Source: Pyrobaculum calidifontis JCM 11548
Lineage (GTDB): Archaea; Thermoproteota; Thermoprotei; Thermoproteales; Thermoproteaceae
Assembly (NCBI RefSeq): GCF_000015805.1
Contig: NC_009073.1
Location: 1,380,001 to 1,412,000 of the forward strand
Direction of reading: 5' to 3'
Length of the DNA stretch: 32,000 nucleotides
Shown: one piece after another, positions 16,796 to 23,826 of the stretch
Layout: every line of letters begins with the position of its first letter
Numbering within the stretch: the first letter of the stretch is position 1
Translations under genes and position numbers: made by a program
Notes under the pieces: generated by a model
The model's input: the letters and a program-made list of their open reading frames with translations, nothing else
Databases searched by the model: none
What the model was told of the DNA's origin: nothing

Positions 16796-17488
16796 CTACG
16801 AGTAGTGGCACTGTGTACATGGCCTACCTGTTATATCAGGCGGCGTAAGCTGTAGATGACAGGTAAGACAAGTCTTGCCCTCTACCACGCCTTGTAGACA
16901 GGGAGCTGCCGGGGGTACATAGGCGTGTGAATTTGGCGAGTGGCATTTGCCGCACATCTCTACGCTGAATGTGAAGGGGCTATTGTGCATTTGCATATGC
17001 TTTTCCACTGTGGGGAGGTATGGGTGGCAATTGGCGCAGGACTGGGGGAGGAAGTTTTCGATGTGGATGGCGTGGCACACGCTACATGTATTAGTGGTAT
17101 TAACTACTGCAAGGTGGGCGGTGTGTATGTACAACTTCTGTGGATTTGTGTGACATTCTAGACAGGGCTCATATAGGCCTTTGTGTGGATAATACTTATT
17201 GAATACGTCGAGGGAATTTGGGCGAGATGTCAAGTATGTCCAAACCATGTCTGCCATGTCGCCTATCGTAATTTTGTGGCATACGAGACAGCTGTATTTT
17301 GAGTGCGGCTTGCTTATATTGCCTATGTAGAATGACATTGTATGACATATTCCACATTGTACATTTACTGTTGGAGTATATACAAAAAATGCGTATAGGA
17401 CCGGTATCGAAAAAATAAGTATCAATATGACAATTACGATGGCCTTTATTACTGACGCCTTTTTAATAGGCATTCTAAATTTCAACAC
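16796..17488 (-). CDS. Membrane-anchored octahaem c-type cytochrome, NapC/NirT/NrfH-like (paralog of 11903..12607)
   Basis: N-terminal TM (AIVIVILILIFSIPVLYAFFV) and eight CxxCH motifs: CGICH, CLVCH, CLECH, CSVCH, CANCH, CGKCH, CLTCH, CTQCH. The motifs are collinear with the other octahaem protein. Start is GTG at 17488 or ATG at 17473. The gene is visibly AT-richer than its neighbours. Confidence 0.8.
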   Translation of the reverse strand: MLKFRMPIKKASVIKAIVIVILILIFSIPVLYAFFVYTPTVNVQCGICHTMSFYIGNISKPHSKYSCLVCHKITIGDMADMVWTYLTSRPNSLDVFNKYYPHKGLYEPCLECHTNPQKLYIHTAHLAVVNTTNTCSVCHAIHIENFLPQSCANCHPYLPTVEKHMQMHNSPFTFSVEMCGKCHSPNSHAYVPPAAPCLQGVVEGKTCLTCHLQLTPPDITGRPCTQCHYS

Positions 17489-17521
17489 AATGCTTCACAA
17501 TCAGAAAAATATATGCCTTGT

Positions 17522-17548
17522 TATTCAAGATGTACACTTTGTATTACA
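17522..17548 (-). promoter_or_regulatory. Phased hexamer array TATTCA-n3-TGTACA-n5-TATTACA
   Basis: TGTACA 17531-17536 starts 43 nt from the start at 17488. A TATA-like ATATATTT (plus aaatatat, 17508-17515) is present. The array overlaps the stop codon of the upstream nrfD-like gene. Confidence 0.55.
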
Positions 17549-18416
17549 CTGGCGCTTCAAAAACTCCAGCTTGTAGTACTAATACCCTCAGCAGTAGGGC
17601 GCCTATTAGTGCCAGCAAGGCGGCTGTAGCGGCGAGGTATTTGTTCTCCCTCTTGGCGAGGTAGAGGCCTATGAATAATGGCGCCAATATCCCCAGCGCC
17701 ACTACGCCTATCCAAAAAGGCGCGGCCAAATCGCCGTATGCCAAAGCCTCTGCGCTTGTCCTAGCCGCCCTACTGCCCCCGTAGAGGGCGAGGCTGACTA
17801 AGGCGAACACCGCCAGCAACTCCGCCGCGTCTAAGGCGAAGCCGTACCTCGTGGCGGCCTTTGACACAGCCTCTGAGTGCACCAACAGTTTGACCACCGC
17901 CGTTGCGCACACTGAGGCGCTTATTATCCACAGCACGGGTATCAGCGCCGTGTTCCAAAACGGCACCCCCGGCGCCGCGGCGATTAAGAACCCGCTGTAT
18001 ATTGTCACCGCAACTCCCACTAGCAGAAGCAGTGCGTCATACCACTTGGCGTCTACCAGCGGCCTCAACGCCCCGATCCCGGCGTGTCTCAGTGCCACTA
18101 AGAGAGTTAACACCAGCATTACCAACAGCAGGGCTATGCCCACGGCCATCCAGCTTCTCGTCCAGCCGAAGGTTCCGCCGAACACCGCGCTCATGATTGC
18201 CGAGGGCATATTCCACGGCCTAGACAAGTCTGCTACCACAAACACAAGCGCTAGCGCGAGGGAGATAAAGGTCACCCAGCTCAGCTCCCTCCTCTTCTCC
18301 TCTACGCCGCTCCACTTTAGCAATACGTAGGCCACGGCCGTCATTCCGCTAATGCCGGCTAGCCAGAGGAACGGCCCTATGAGCCAGGGGTTCCAAATCT
18401 CTTGAAACGCCGTCAT
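17544..18416 (-). CDS. NrfD/PsrC-family membrane anchor subunit of a molybdopterin oxidoreductase
   Basis: 290 aa, about 8 TM. ATGA-type 4-nt overlap with the FeS subunit gene. Third gene in an A-B-C order. Confidence 0.75.
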   Translation of the reverse strand: MTAFQEIWNPWLIGPFLWLAGISGMTAVAYVLLKWSGVEEKRRELSWVTFISLALALVFVVADLSRPWNMPSAIMSAVFGGTFGWTRSWMAVGIALLLVMLVLTLLVALRHAGIGALRPLVDAKWYDALLLLVGVAVTIYSGFLIAAAPGVPFWNTALIPVLWIISASVCATAVVKLLVHSEAVSKAATRYGFALDAAELLAVFALVSLALYGGSRAARTSAEALAYGDLAAPFWIGVVALGILAPLFIGLYLAKRENKYLAATAALLALIGALLLRVLVLQAGVFEAPV

Positions 18417-18976
18417 GGCCCCACCACCACGAAGTACTTTGGCGAAGTGCCCTTTTCCTCAAGCAACCTAACGTAGCGGCTTCTCGCGAGCCTTCTAGAA
18501 ATCTCAGACGTTGGGTCGTCTATGTCTCCAAACGCCCTGGCGCCCGCTGGGCACACCTCTACGCAGACCGGCCGGAGGCCGGCCTTTACTCTGCTTAAAC
18601 ACTCCTCGCCCATGCACTTCATGGGCAAGCCGGTCTCTTCGTCTAGCCACCTGGCCTCGTAGGGGCAGGCCACCATGCAGTACTTACAGCCGATGCAGAG
18701 GGCCGGGTTTATCTTGACGAGTCCGTCTACGTCTCTGTAAGAGGCGCCGGTGGGGCACACTGTGACGCAGGGCGCATTTTCGCAGTGCTGGCACTGGACT
18801 AGCAACAACATGGGCCTGGGCCCCTTCTCCACAGCGATTCTCTTTATATTGCTTCTAAGCCACCCCCACGTCTTGTTTTCGCCTGTGGAAGAGCGGTAGT
18901 TTGCGGCGTTGCACGCGGCTATACACGCGCCGCAGGCAATGCACCTGGACTGGTCCCAGAGGTGTGCCAGCCTCAT
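18413..18976 (-). CDS. 4x[4Fe-4S] electron-transfer subunit (PsrB/DmsB-like)
   Basis: Cys clusters CIACGACIAAC, CQHCENAPCVTVCP, CIGCKYCMVACP and a C-terminal ...CVEVCP. No own signal peptide, consistent with co-export alongside the Tat-signal catalytic subunit. Confidence 0.8.
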   Translation of the reverse strand: MRLAHLWDQSRCIACGACIAACNAANYRSSTGENKTWGWLRSNIKRIAVEKGPRPMLLLVQCQHCENAPCVTVCPTGASYRDVDGLVKINPALCIGCKYCMVACPYEARWLDEETGLPMKCMGEECLSRVKAGLRPVCVEVCPAGARAFGDIDDPTSEISRRLARSRYVRLLEEKGTSPKYFVVVGP

Positions 18977-21441
18977 AGTCTCCTCACCCGAACGCTTGCG
19001 TTTGTAGCAGCGCTACCGCTCACCGGCTCTAGCTTGCCGCTGGCAAACCACTCCGGATTGACGCCCTCGCGGAGGAACTCGTACTCGCCAGTGAGTAGCC
19101 TACTCGTCCTACCCCCAGCCATTGCGTATGTGAACAACACCCCTGGTCTAACGCGGTTTGTCACCTTTACCACGGCCTTCGCCTTAAACCCGTTGTCTAA
19201 GCCCTCTAGCTCCACCACGTCTCCGTCTTTGACGCCTAGCCGCTCGGCGTCGACGGGGTTCATCCACACAGTCCTATCCACGATCCACTTGGCGTTCTTC
19301 ACCATGACCATGTGCGCGCTTATGATTTGATCCTTCCCGTTTACTAGGTAGAACTCGTCGGGGGCGCTTGGGACCTTGTACAGAGGCGGCCTCCAGTCGG
19401 GCAGTGGGTCTCTGTTGTACTGCAGAGCCCTCAGCGCGTAGATTTCCACTTTCCCGCTCGGAGTGCCCAGGGGCGTCTTATACGGCCTGGCCTCGTAAGA
19501 CTTCTTCTTAAAGACGTAGAACCCCTTGGCCTTGAGCTCCTCCTCCAGCCTCGCAGGGTCTAGGTTCCACGCATTTGCCAGACTTATGATTACGGCCTTC
19601 TTAATGGCCTCTTCGTATTCCTCAAAGGCGTGTGGGTCTGCGTACTTCTCCGTGTAGCCCACGGCGGCGGCCTTCTCTGGGAAGGCCCTCCTGATGATCT
19701 CCATCAAGGCCCAGAAGGCGTTTCTCGCATCTACGCCGGGGGGCGGGTCGAGCACTTTCTCCGAGTAGACTACGCCCGCGTGTAGACTCCACTTCATAGT
19801 CCCCATCTCGCCGCGCTCGAGGAACATGAGGTCTGGCAGTACGTAGTCGCACCAATCCACGTGGTCTTGCGGCAGTATGTCTATGGCCACCACTAGCTCC
19901 AACTTGCTTAAGGCTTGCTTGAGCTTCTCCGTATTGACGTCTCTTGTGAAAGGCGCAGTGCCCACTATGAAGAGGGCCTTTATCGGGTAGGGCTTCTCAG
20001 TGATTATTGCGTCGAGCAATGCGTCAAAGACGCTGGTCGCAAGCGGGTATGCCACCTTGTCCACTCTTTGGGCCTTGGGCGCTGGGAGCTCTTGCGCGGT
20101 TATGCCCACGTCGCATACTTGGAATATCGTCACCACTTTCCCCGCCGCGGTGGTAACCGCGTTTGGGTACTTGGCGCTTTCTTGGAAGCAGAGGCCGCCT
20201 CTCTTGTCTATGTTGCCCACTAGGGCGTTTAAGATGAGGATTGCCATGTACAAGTCGAGCTCGTTGCCGTTTTTAGCGGCGTACCACCCGTCCTCTGCCA
20301 CGCCCCTCGCCGTGGCGAACTCCACGGCAATTCTCCGAATATCGGCCGCGGGGACTCCGGTTATCTTCTCGGCCTCCTCTGGCGGATACTTAGCCGCCCT
20401 CTCGGCCAAGAGCTTAAACGCCGTCTTTACTCTGACCTCGCCCTGCGGCGTTTGAACAACGCCCTCGTAGTCCAGGGCCGGGTCTTGGGCCTTGTCATGT
20501 GGCACAAGGGACTTAGTCGCATTGTCGTAGACGAGGTAGGCCGAGCCTTCGCCGCCTAGGTCTTTCTCAGTGAGCGGCTTGCCGTCTGGCTTAATGAGGA
20601 ACGGGGCGTTGGTGTACTTCTTTAAAAACGCGGCGTCGTAGAGGCCCCGGGTTATTATCACGTTTATGAGAGAGAGTACGAAGGCCGTGTCTGTGCCTGG
20701 GATTATGGGCACCCACTCCACCGAGGAGTAGGCCAAGTTGGGGGCCCTTGGGTCAACTACGACAATTTTCACCCCCCTCTCCCTAGCCTTGGCCACCTGC
20801 CTCACGAGGCCCATCGCGGCGTCTAAATTCCTCCCCACCAGGAGGATGTAAGTGGCGTTTTCATAGTCTGGGTCCACTGAGGGCGGGCCTCCTGCGCCTA
20901 GGACAAACCCCCTGGCCACGGTGGGGGCGTTGTGGCAAGTCCCCTCGTGCCCCACCACGTTGGGAGTCCCCAAGACGCTGGCTATGAAGGGCAGTATCCA
21001 AGAGTGTACGTCGTGTCTAGTGAAGGCGACGCTCTCTGGCCCGTACTTGTTCACTATGTCTCTGAGCTTCTGTGCAATTTCGTTCAACGCAGTGTCCCAG
21101 TCCACCTCTTGGAACTTCCCCTCTCCCCTGTTTCCAACGCGCTTTAGAGGCTTCTTCAGCCTGAGGGGGTGGTTCCAGAGCTGAAGCGCAGAGGCTGGGC
21201 GGAAGCACATGCCGGGCTGGGGGTGCTCCAGGTTGGGCAAGAGGTACATTCTGTCGCCTCTTTTGACAAAGATTAAGCCGCACGCTGCTCCACACGCGCC
21301 GCAGATCACAGGCGCTTTCACCTCCTCCGCGGCCGTCTTTTGTGCAGTTTGCTGAGCCGCCGATGTCAGCGTCAGCGGAAGCGCAGAAACAACGCCAACA
21401 GTAGCGGCGAGTTTGACGAAGTCTCTTCTCGAAATTTCCAT
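18973..21441 (-). CDS. Molybdopterin (DMSO reductase family) oxidoreductase catalytic subunit, Psr/Phs/Arr/Ttr-like. Substrate not assignable.
   Basis: The start is reassigned to the ATG at 21441 (MEISRRDFVKLAATVGVVSALPL, a Tat signal). The track extension to 21543 runs through the promoter. N-terminal FeS0 motif CGACGAAC-x24-C. The length (822 aa) and A-B-C operon order are typical of the family. Confidence 0.8.
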   Translation of the reverse strand: MEISRRDFVKLAATVGVVSALPLTLTSAAQQTAQKTAAEEVKAPVICGACGAACGLIFVKRGDRMYLLPNLEHPQPGMCFRPASALQLWNHPLRLKKPLKRVGNRGEGKFQEVDWDTALNEIAQKLRDIVNKYGPESVAFTRHDVHSWILPFIASVLGTPNVVGHEGTCHNAPTVARGFVLGAGGPPSVDPDYENATYILLVGRNLDAAMGLVRQVAKARERGVKIVVVDPRAPNLAYSSVEWVPIIPGTDTAFVLSLINVIITRGLYDAAFLKKYTNAPFLIKPDGKPLTEKDLGGEGSAYLVYDNATKSLVPHDKAQDPALDYEGVVQTPQGEVRVKTAFKLLAERAAKYPPEEAEKITGVPAADIRRIAVEFATARGVAEDGWYAAKNGNELDLYMAILILNALVGNIDKRGGLCFQESAKYPNAVTTAAGKVVTIFQVCDVGITAQELPAPKAQRVDKVAYPLATSVFDALLDAIITEKPYPIKALFIVGTAPFTRDVNTEKLKQALSKLELVVAIDILPQDHVDWCDYVLPDLMFLERGEMGTMKWSLHAGVVYSEKVLDPPPGVDARNAFWALMEIIRRAFPEKAAAVGYTEKYADPHAFEEYEEAIKKAVIISLANAWNLDPARLEEELKAKGFYVFKKKSYEARPYKTPLGTPSGKVEIYALRALQYNRDPLPDWRPPLYKVPSAPDEFYLVNGKDQIISAHMVMVKNAKWIVDRTVWMNPVDAERLGVKDGDVVELEGLDNGFKAKAVVKVTNRVRPGVLFTYAMAGGRTSRLLTGEYEFLREGVNPEWFASGKLEPVSGSAATNASVRVRRL

Positions 21442-21473
21442 GTTTCCATAGAATTTTATAGATATAAAACTCT

Positions 21474-21511
21474 TGTTATGAAAAGTGTACACTTGATATA
21501 CATGTTGTACA
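21474..21511 (-). promoter_or_regulatory. Phased hexamer array TGTTAT-n6-TGTACA-cttga-TATACA-tgt-TGTACA
   Basis: TGTACA 21486-21491 starts 45 nt from the ATG at 21441. TATACA is at 21497-21502 and TGTACA at 21506-21511. A TATA-like TTTTATAT (plus atataaaa, 21462-21469) is present. The region is shared with the divergent HEPN gene. Confidence 0.6.
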
Positions 21512-21548
21512 TATGGCAAAGCTTTTATTTCTCTCAGCCCCATGGCGC

Positions 21549-21921
21549 GTGGAGTCTTGGCTTAGGCGGGCCGCCAAGTTTAGGGAATATGCCCGCGAGG
21601 ACTTACGCGCGGGGAGGTACGACTCCGCGGCGTTTTTTTGTGCAACAGTCGGTGGAGCTTGCGCTTAAGGCCCTTCTTATTAAGCTGACGGGCTCTAGGC
21701 CTCAGACCCACGCCACTGGCGACTTGCTTGAGCTTGTGGAAAAGGCGCTCGGCGTAACTTTTCCAGAGGACGTAAGGCGCTGCGCCGAGCTTTTAGAACA
21801 GCACTATATCCAGCCCCGCTGCCCAGAGGCGCGGCTCAGCGACTATAGGCGGTGGGAGGCTGAGGAGGCCGTGGAGTGTATGGAGAAGGTGTGGGCGCAT
21901 GTCGTGGATAAGTATCGTTAG
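21549..21921 (+). pseudogene. HEPN-domain protein gene interrupted by a +1 frameshift in a T7 run
   Basis: In the frame of GTG 21549, the sequence reads (M)ESWLRRAAKFREYAREDLRAGRYDSAAFF and stops at 21666-21668. The frame of ORF 21340..21921 continues VQQSVELALKALLIKLTGSRPQTH...LEQHYIQPRCPE. The two halves join seamlessly if one T is removed from the T7 run at 21633-21639. A TATA-like TTTTATTT at 21523-21530 fits a leaderless start at 21549. Confidence 0.6.
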
Positions 21922-22570
21922 AGAGGTGGCCGAGGAGAAGAGGAGGAGAGCTGAGGAGCTTATTAAACGGCTGTGCGAGAGGGGCGGCGCAGTTCTGCTC
22001 TTCGGCTCTAGGGCTAGGGGAGAGGCGCACCTTCTCAGCGACTGGGACTTGGCGCTCATTGTGGCTGAGGGGGAGTACAGAGTGGAGAGCACTGGCGTTG
22101 GGCAACTCTTCATAGTCCCCCTCGACAAGTTGGACAACATCCTGGAGTTCAGTATGGTCGTATTGGACATATTCGCCGACGGGGTGTTGCTCTGCGGCGA
22201 CGAATCGTTGTACAAGTCGGCGCTGGAGAGATTCAAACGCTACGTCGAGGAGAAGAGGCTTGTGAGAACTAGGCTGGGGGTGGATCCCCGCGTGGCTCTA
22301 AGACATAGCCTCTCCGCCGCGCGACCTGCGACCACGTCGGCCAGCTGTATGTCTGGCACCTTGTGCGACGGCTTGGCGACAAAGCGGGCGAATTTACCTA
22401 TGTTGACCAGCCCCTCATCTACTACATACAGGTCGGCCTCCACGCTTTTTATAAGCCTGAGGAAGGCTTGTTCTAGGTCTTTCTTCGCCTATGTGAACGA
22501 CCACATACTACGTGGGGTAATGCCTCACGATTTCCACGTACGCCTCCTCGCCGACGCCCATCCGCTTTAA
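21899..22570 (+). CDS. Minimal nucleotidyltransferase (MNT) partner of the HEPN gene. Only the first ~130 aa look like real coding sequence.
   Basis: Contains the motif LLFGSRARGEAHLLSDWDLALIV (GS-x-x-x-G...D-x-D). It overlaps the HEPN 3' end by 23 nt. After about 22290 the frame stays open, but the translation becomes Ser/Thr/Arg-rich and is antisense to a better-looking minus-strand reading frame. Confidence 0.55.
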   Translation: MSWISIVREVAEEKRRRAEELIKRLCERGGAVLLFGSRARGEAHLLSDWDLALIVAEGEYRVESTGVGQLFIVPLDKLDNILEFSMVVLDIFADGVLLCGDESLYKSALERFKRYVEEKRLVRTRLGVDPRVALRHSLSAARPATTSASCMSGTLCDGLATKRANLPMLTSPSSTTYRSASTLFISLRKACSRSFFAYVNDHILRGVMPHDFHVRLLADAHPL

Positions 22571-22669
22571 CACCCTCCACTTTAGCTCTTTGACTATGCC
22601 GTATCTCCGCTTGAGCGCTTCAACGAGGTCTAAGCCGCCGTGCATATAGCCAGCCACTTCTATTAGCAC
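22240..22669 (-). pseudogene. Decayed minus-strand ORF of unknown function (two frames)
   Basis: Segment 1 (22669/22645 to the stop at 22508-22510) reads ...VLIEVAGYMHGGLDLVEALKRRYGIVKELKWRVLKRMGVGEEAYVEIVRHYPT*. Segment 2 is in another frame (open from 22488 to 22240) and reads AKKDLEQAFLRLIKSVEADLYVVDEGLVNIGKFARFVAKPSHKVPDIQLADVVAGRAAERL... It then runs antisense into the MNT gene. I recognised no family. Confidence 0.25.
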
Positions 22670-22778
22670 GCCGCCAACGGCATAATAACTGCAAGGTGTC
22701 CCGTGGCTACGACCCGATTTAGCTACTTATTGCGCACAAGGCTTATAATCTGTATAGAGTGTAGATTATGGCTGTGAC

Positions 22779-22869
22779 GCCGGAGATGCGGCCCCGCGCT
22801 AGGGGCTGAGCACCGGCTAGCCGTATGCGGGCGGGTGTGCGGCCCCGGACGAGGGGCTAAGCACCGCCC
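22779..22869. repeat. Two tandem, sequence-related GC-rich hairpins (candidate structured RNA or 3' element)
   Basis: Unit 1: outer stem GCCGG (22779-22783) with CCGGC (22813-22817); inner stem GGCCCC (22790-22795) with GGGGCT (22802-22807); loop GCGCTA. Unit 2: outer GGGCGGGTG (22829-22837) with CACCGCCC (22862-22869); inner GGCCCC (22841-22846) with GGGGCT (22853-22858); loop GGACGA. The units align at about 28 of 36 positions. Confidence 0.35.
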
Positions 22870-22871
22870 AA

Positions 22872-23780
22872 CTACTCTTCCACGACGTAGTTCCTAAGTC
22901 TCCCCACGCCCTCTACCTCTGCCTCTACCACGTCTCCCCCTCTCAGGTACTTGCCCTTTGAGTGCCCTACGCCCGGTGGGGTGCCTGTGAATATCATGTC
23001 GCCTGGCTTCAGCGTTATGCCTTGGGAGGCCCAGTGGATCAACTGTTGGACGTTGAAGATGAGGTCGGAGGTGTTGCCCTCCTGCTCCAACTGGCCGTTT
23101 ACCCACAGCCTCAAGTCGAGGCGGTTGGGGTCGGGCACCTCGTCCCTAGTGACAATCCAAGGCCCCACCGGCGCCGCCGTGTCCATGGACTTGCCCCAAA
23201 TCCAGTTCTGCCCATAGGGGTTTAGCTGATGGGGCCATCCCTCGGGGAACTGCCAGTCGCGGATAGACACGTCGTTGCCCACCGCGTAGCCAAAGACGTA
23301 GTCCAAGGCCTCCTCGGGCTGTATGTACTTCCCAGCTCTCCCAATGACGACGACCAGCTCCACTTCCCAGTCCACCTTCTGCGCCACCTTGTGTTTGATT
23401 ATCCTCCCCTCGTGCCCCACCAGGGCGTTGGGGAACTTGGGGAAGAAGTAGGGCCTCTCAGGAGGCTTAAAGCCCATCTCTCTGCCGTGCGCTTTGTAGT
23501 TCACGGCTACTGCGAATATCTTCTCTGGGTCTGGCACCGGGGGCTCCCACAGAATGTCGCCGGGCGAGTAGTAGGGGCCCTTGGCCTTTGCCTCCAGCCT
23601 TCTCACGACCTCAAGCGCGGGCTCTCCCACGGCGATTAGCTTCCTCATGCTGTATAAAAAGTCGGGGGCTTCGTAGGCGCCGAAGACCTCCTTGTAGGCC
23701 TCTGGCAGATCTAGCACTTTCCCGTTTTTCCAAAGCCCAACCTTGGCCACGCCCCCCTTTCTAAACGTCAACAGCCTCAT
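22872..23780 (-). CDS. Fumarylacetoacetate hydrolase (FAH) family protein
   Basis: The start is reassigned to the ATG at 23780 (MRLLTFRKGG...). The track extension overlaps the panB start and the shared promoter. Typical FAH C-terminal domain blocks: IFAVAVNYKAHG, DWEVELVVVIG, GYAVGNDVSIRD, GDMIFTGTPPGVG. Confidence 0.8.
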   Translation of the reverse strand: MRLLTFRKGGVAKVGLWKNGKVLDLPEAYKEVFGAYEAPDFLYSMRKLIAVGEPALEVVRRLEAKAKGPYYSPGDILWEPPVPDPEKIFAVAVNYKAHGREMGFKPPERPYFFPKFPNALVGHEGRIIKHKVAQKVDWEVELVVVIGRAGKYIQPEEALDYVFGYAVGNDVSIRDWQFPEGWPHQLNPYGQNWIWGKSMDTAAPVGPWIVTRDEVPDPNRLDLRLWVNGQLEQEGNTSDLIFNVQQLIHWASQGITLKPGDMIFTGTPPGVGHSKGKYLRGGDVVEAEVEGVGRLRNYVVEE

Positions 23781-23826
23781 ATGAGCGAGATGTCCCAAGT
23801 TTATAAATATAGAAGATTTCTGCCAC

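Noticed and set aside
22779-22869. Possible CRISPR array, tRNA or C/D box sRNA in the hairpin region.
   Set aside because: There are only two repeat units with no spacer-like unique inserts of regular length. No cloverleaf can be drawn. No RUGAUGA or CUGA box pair is present on either strand.
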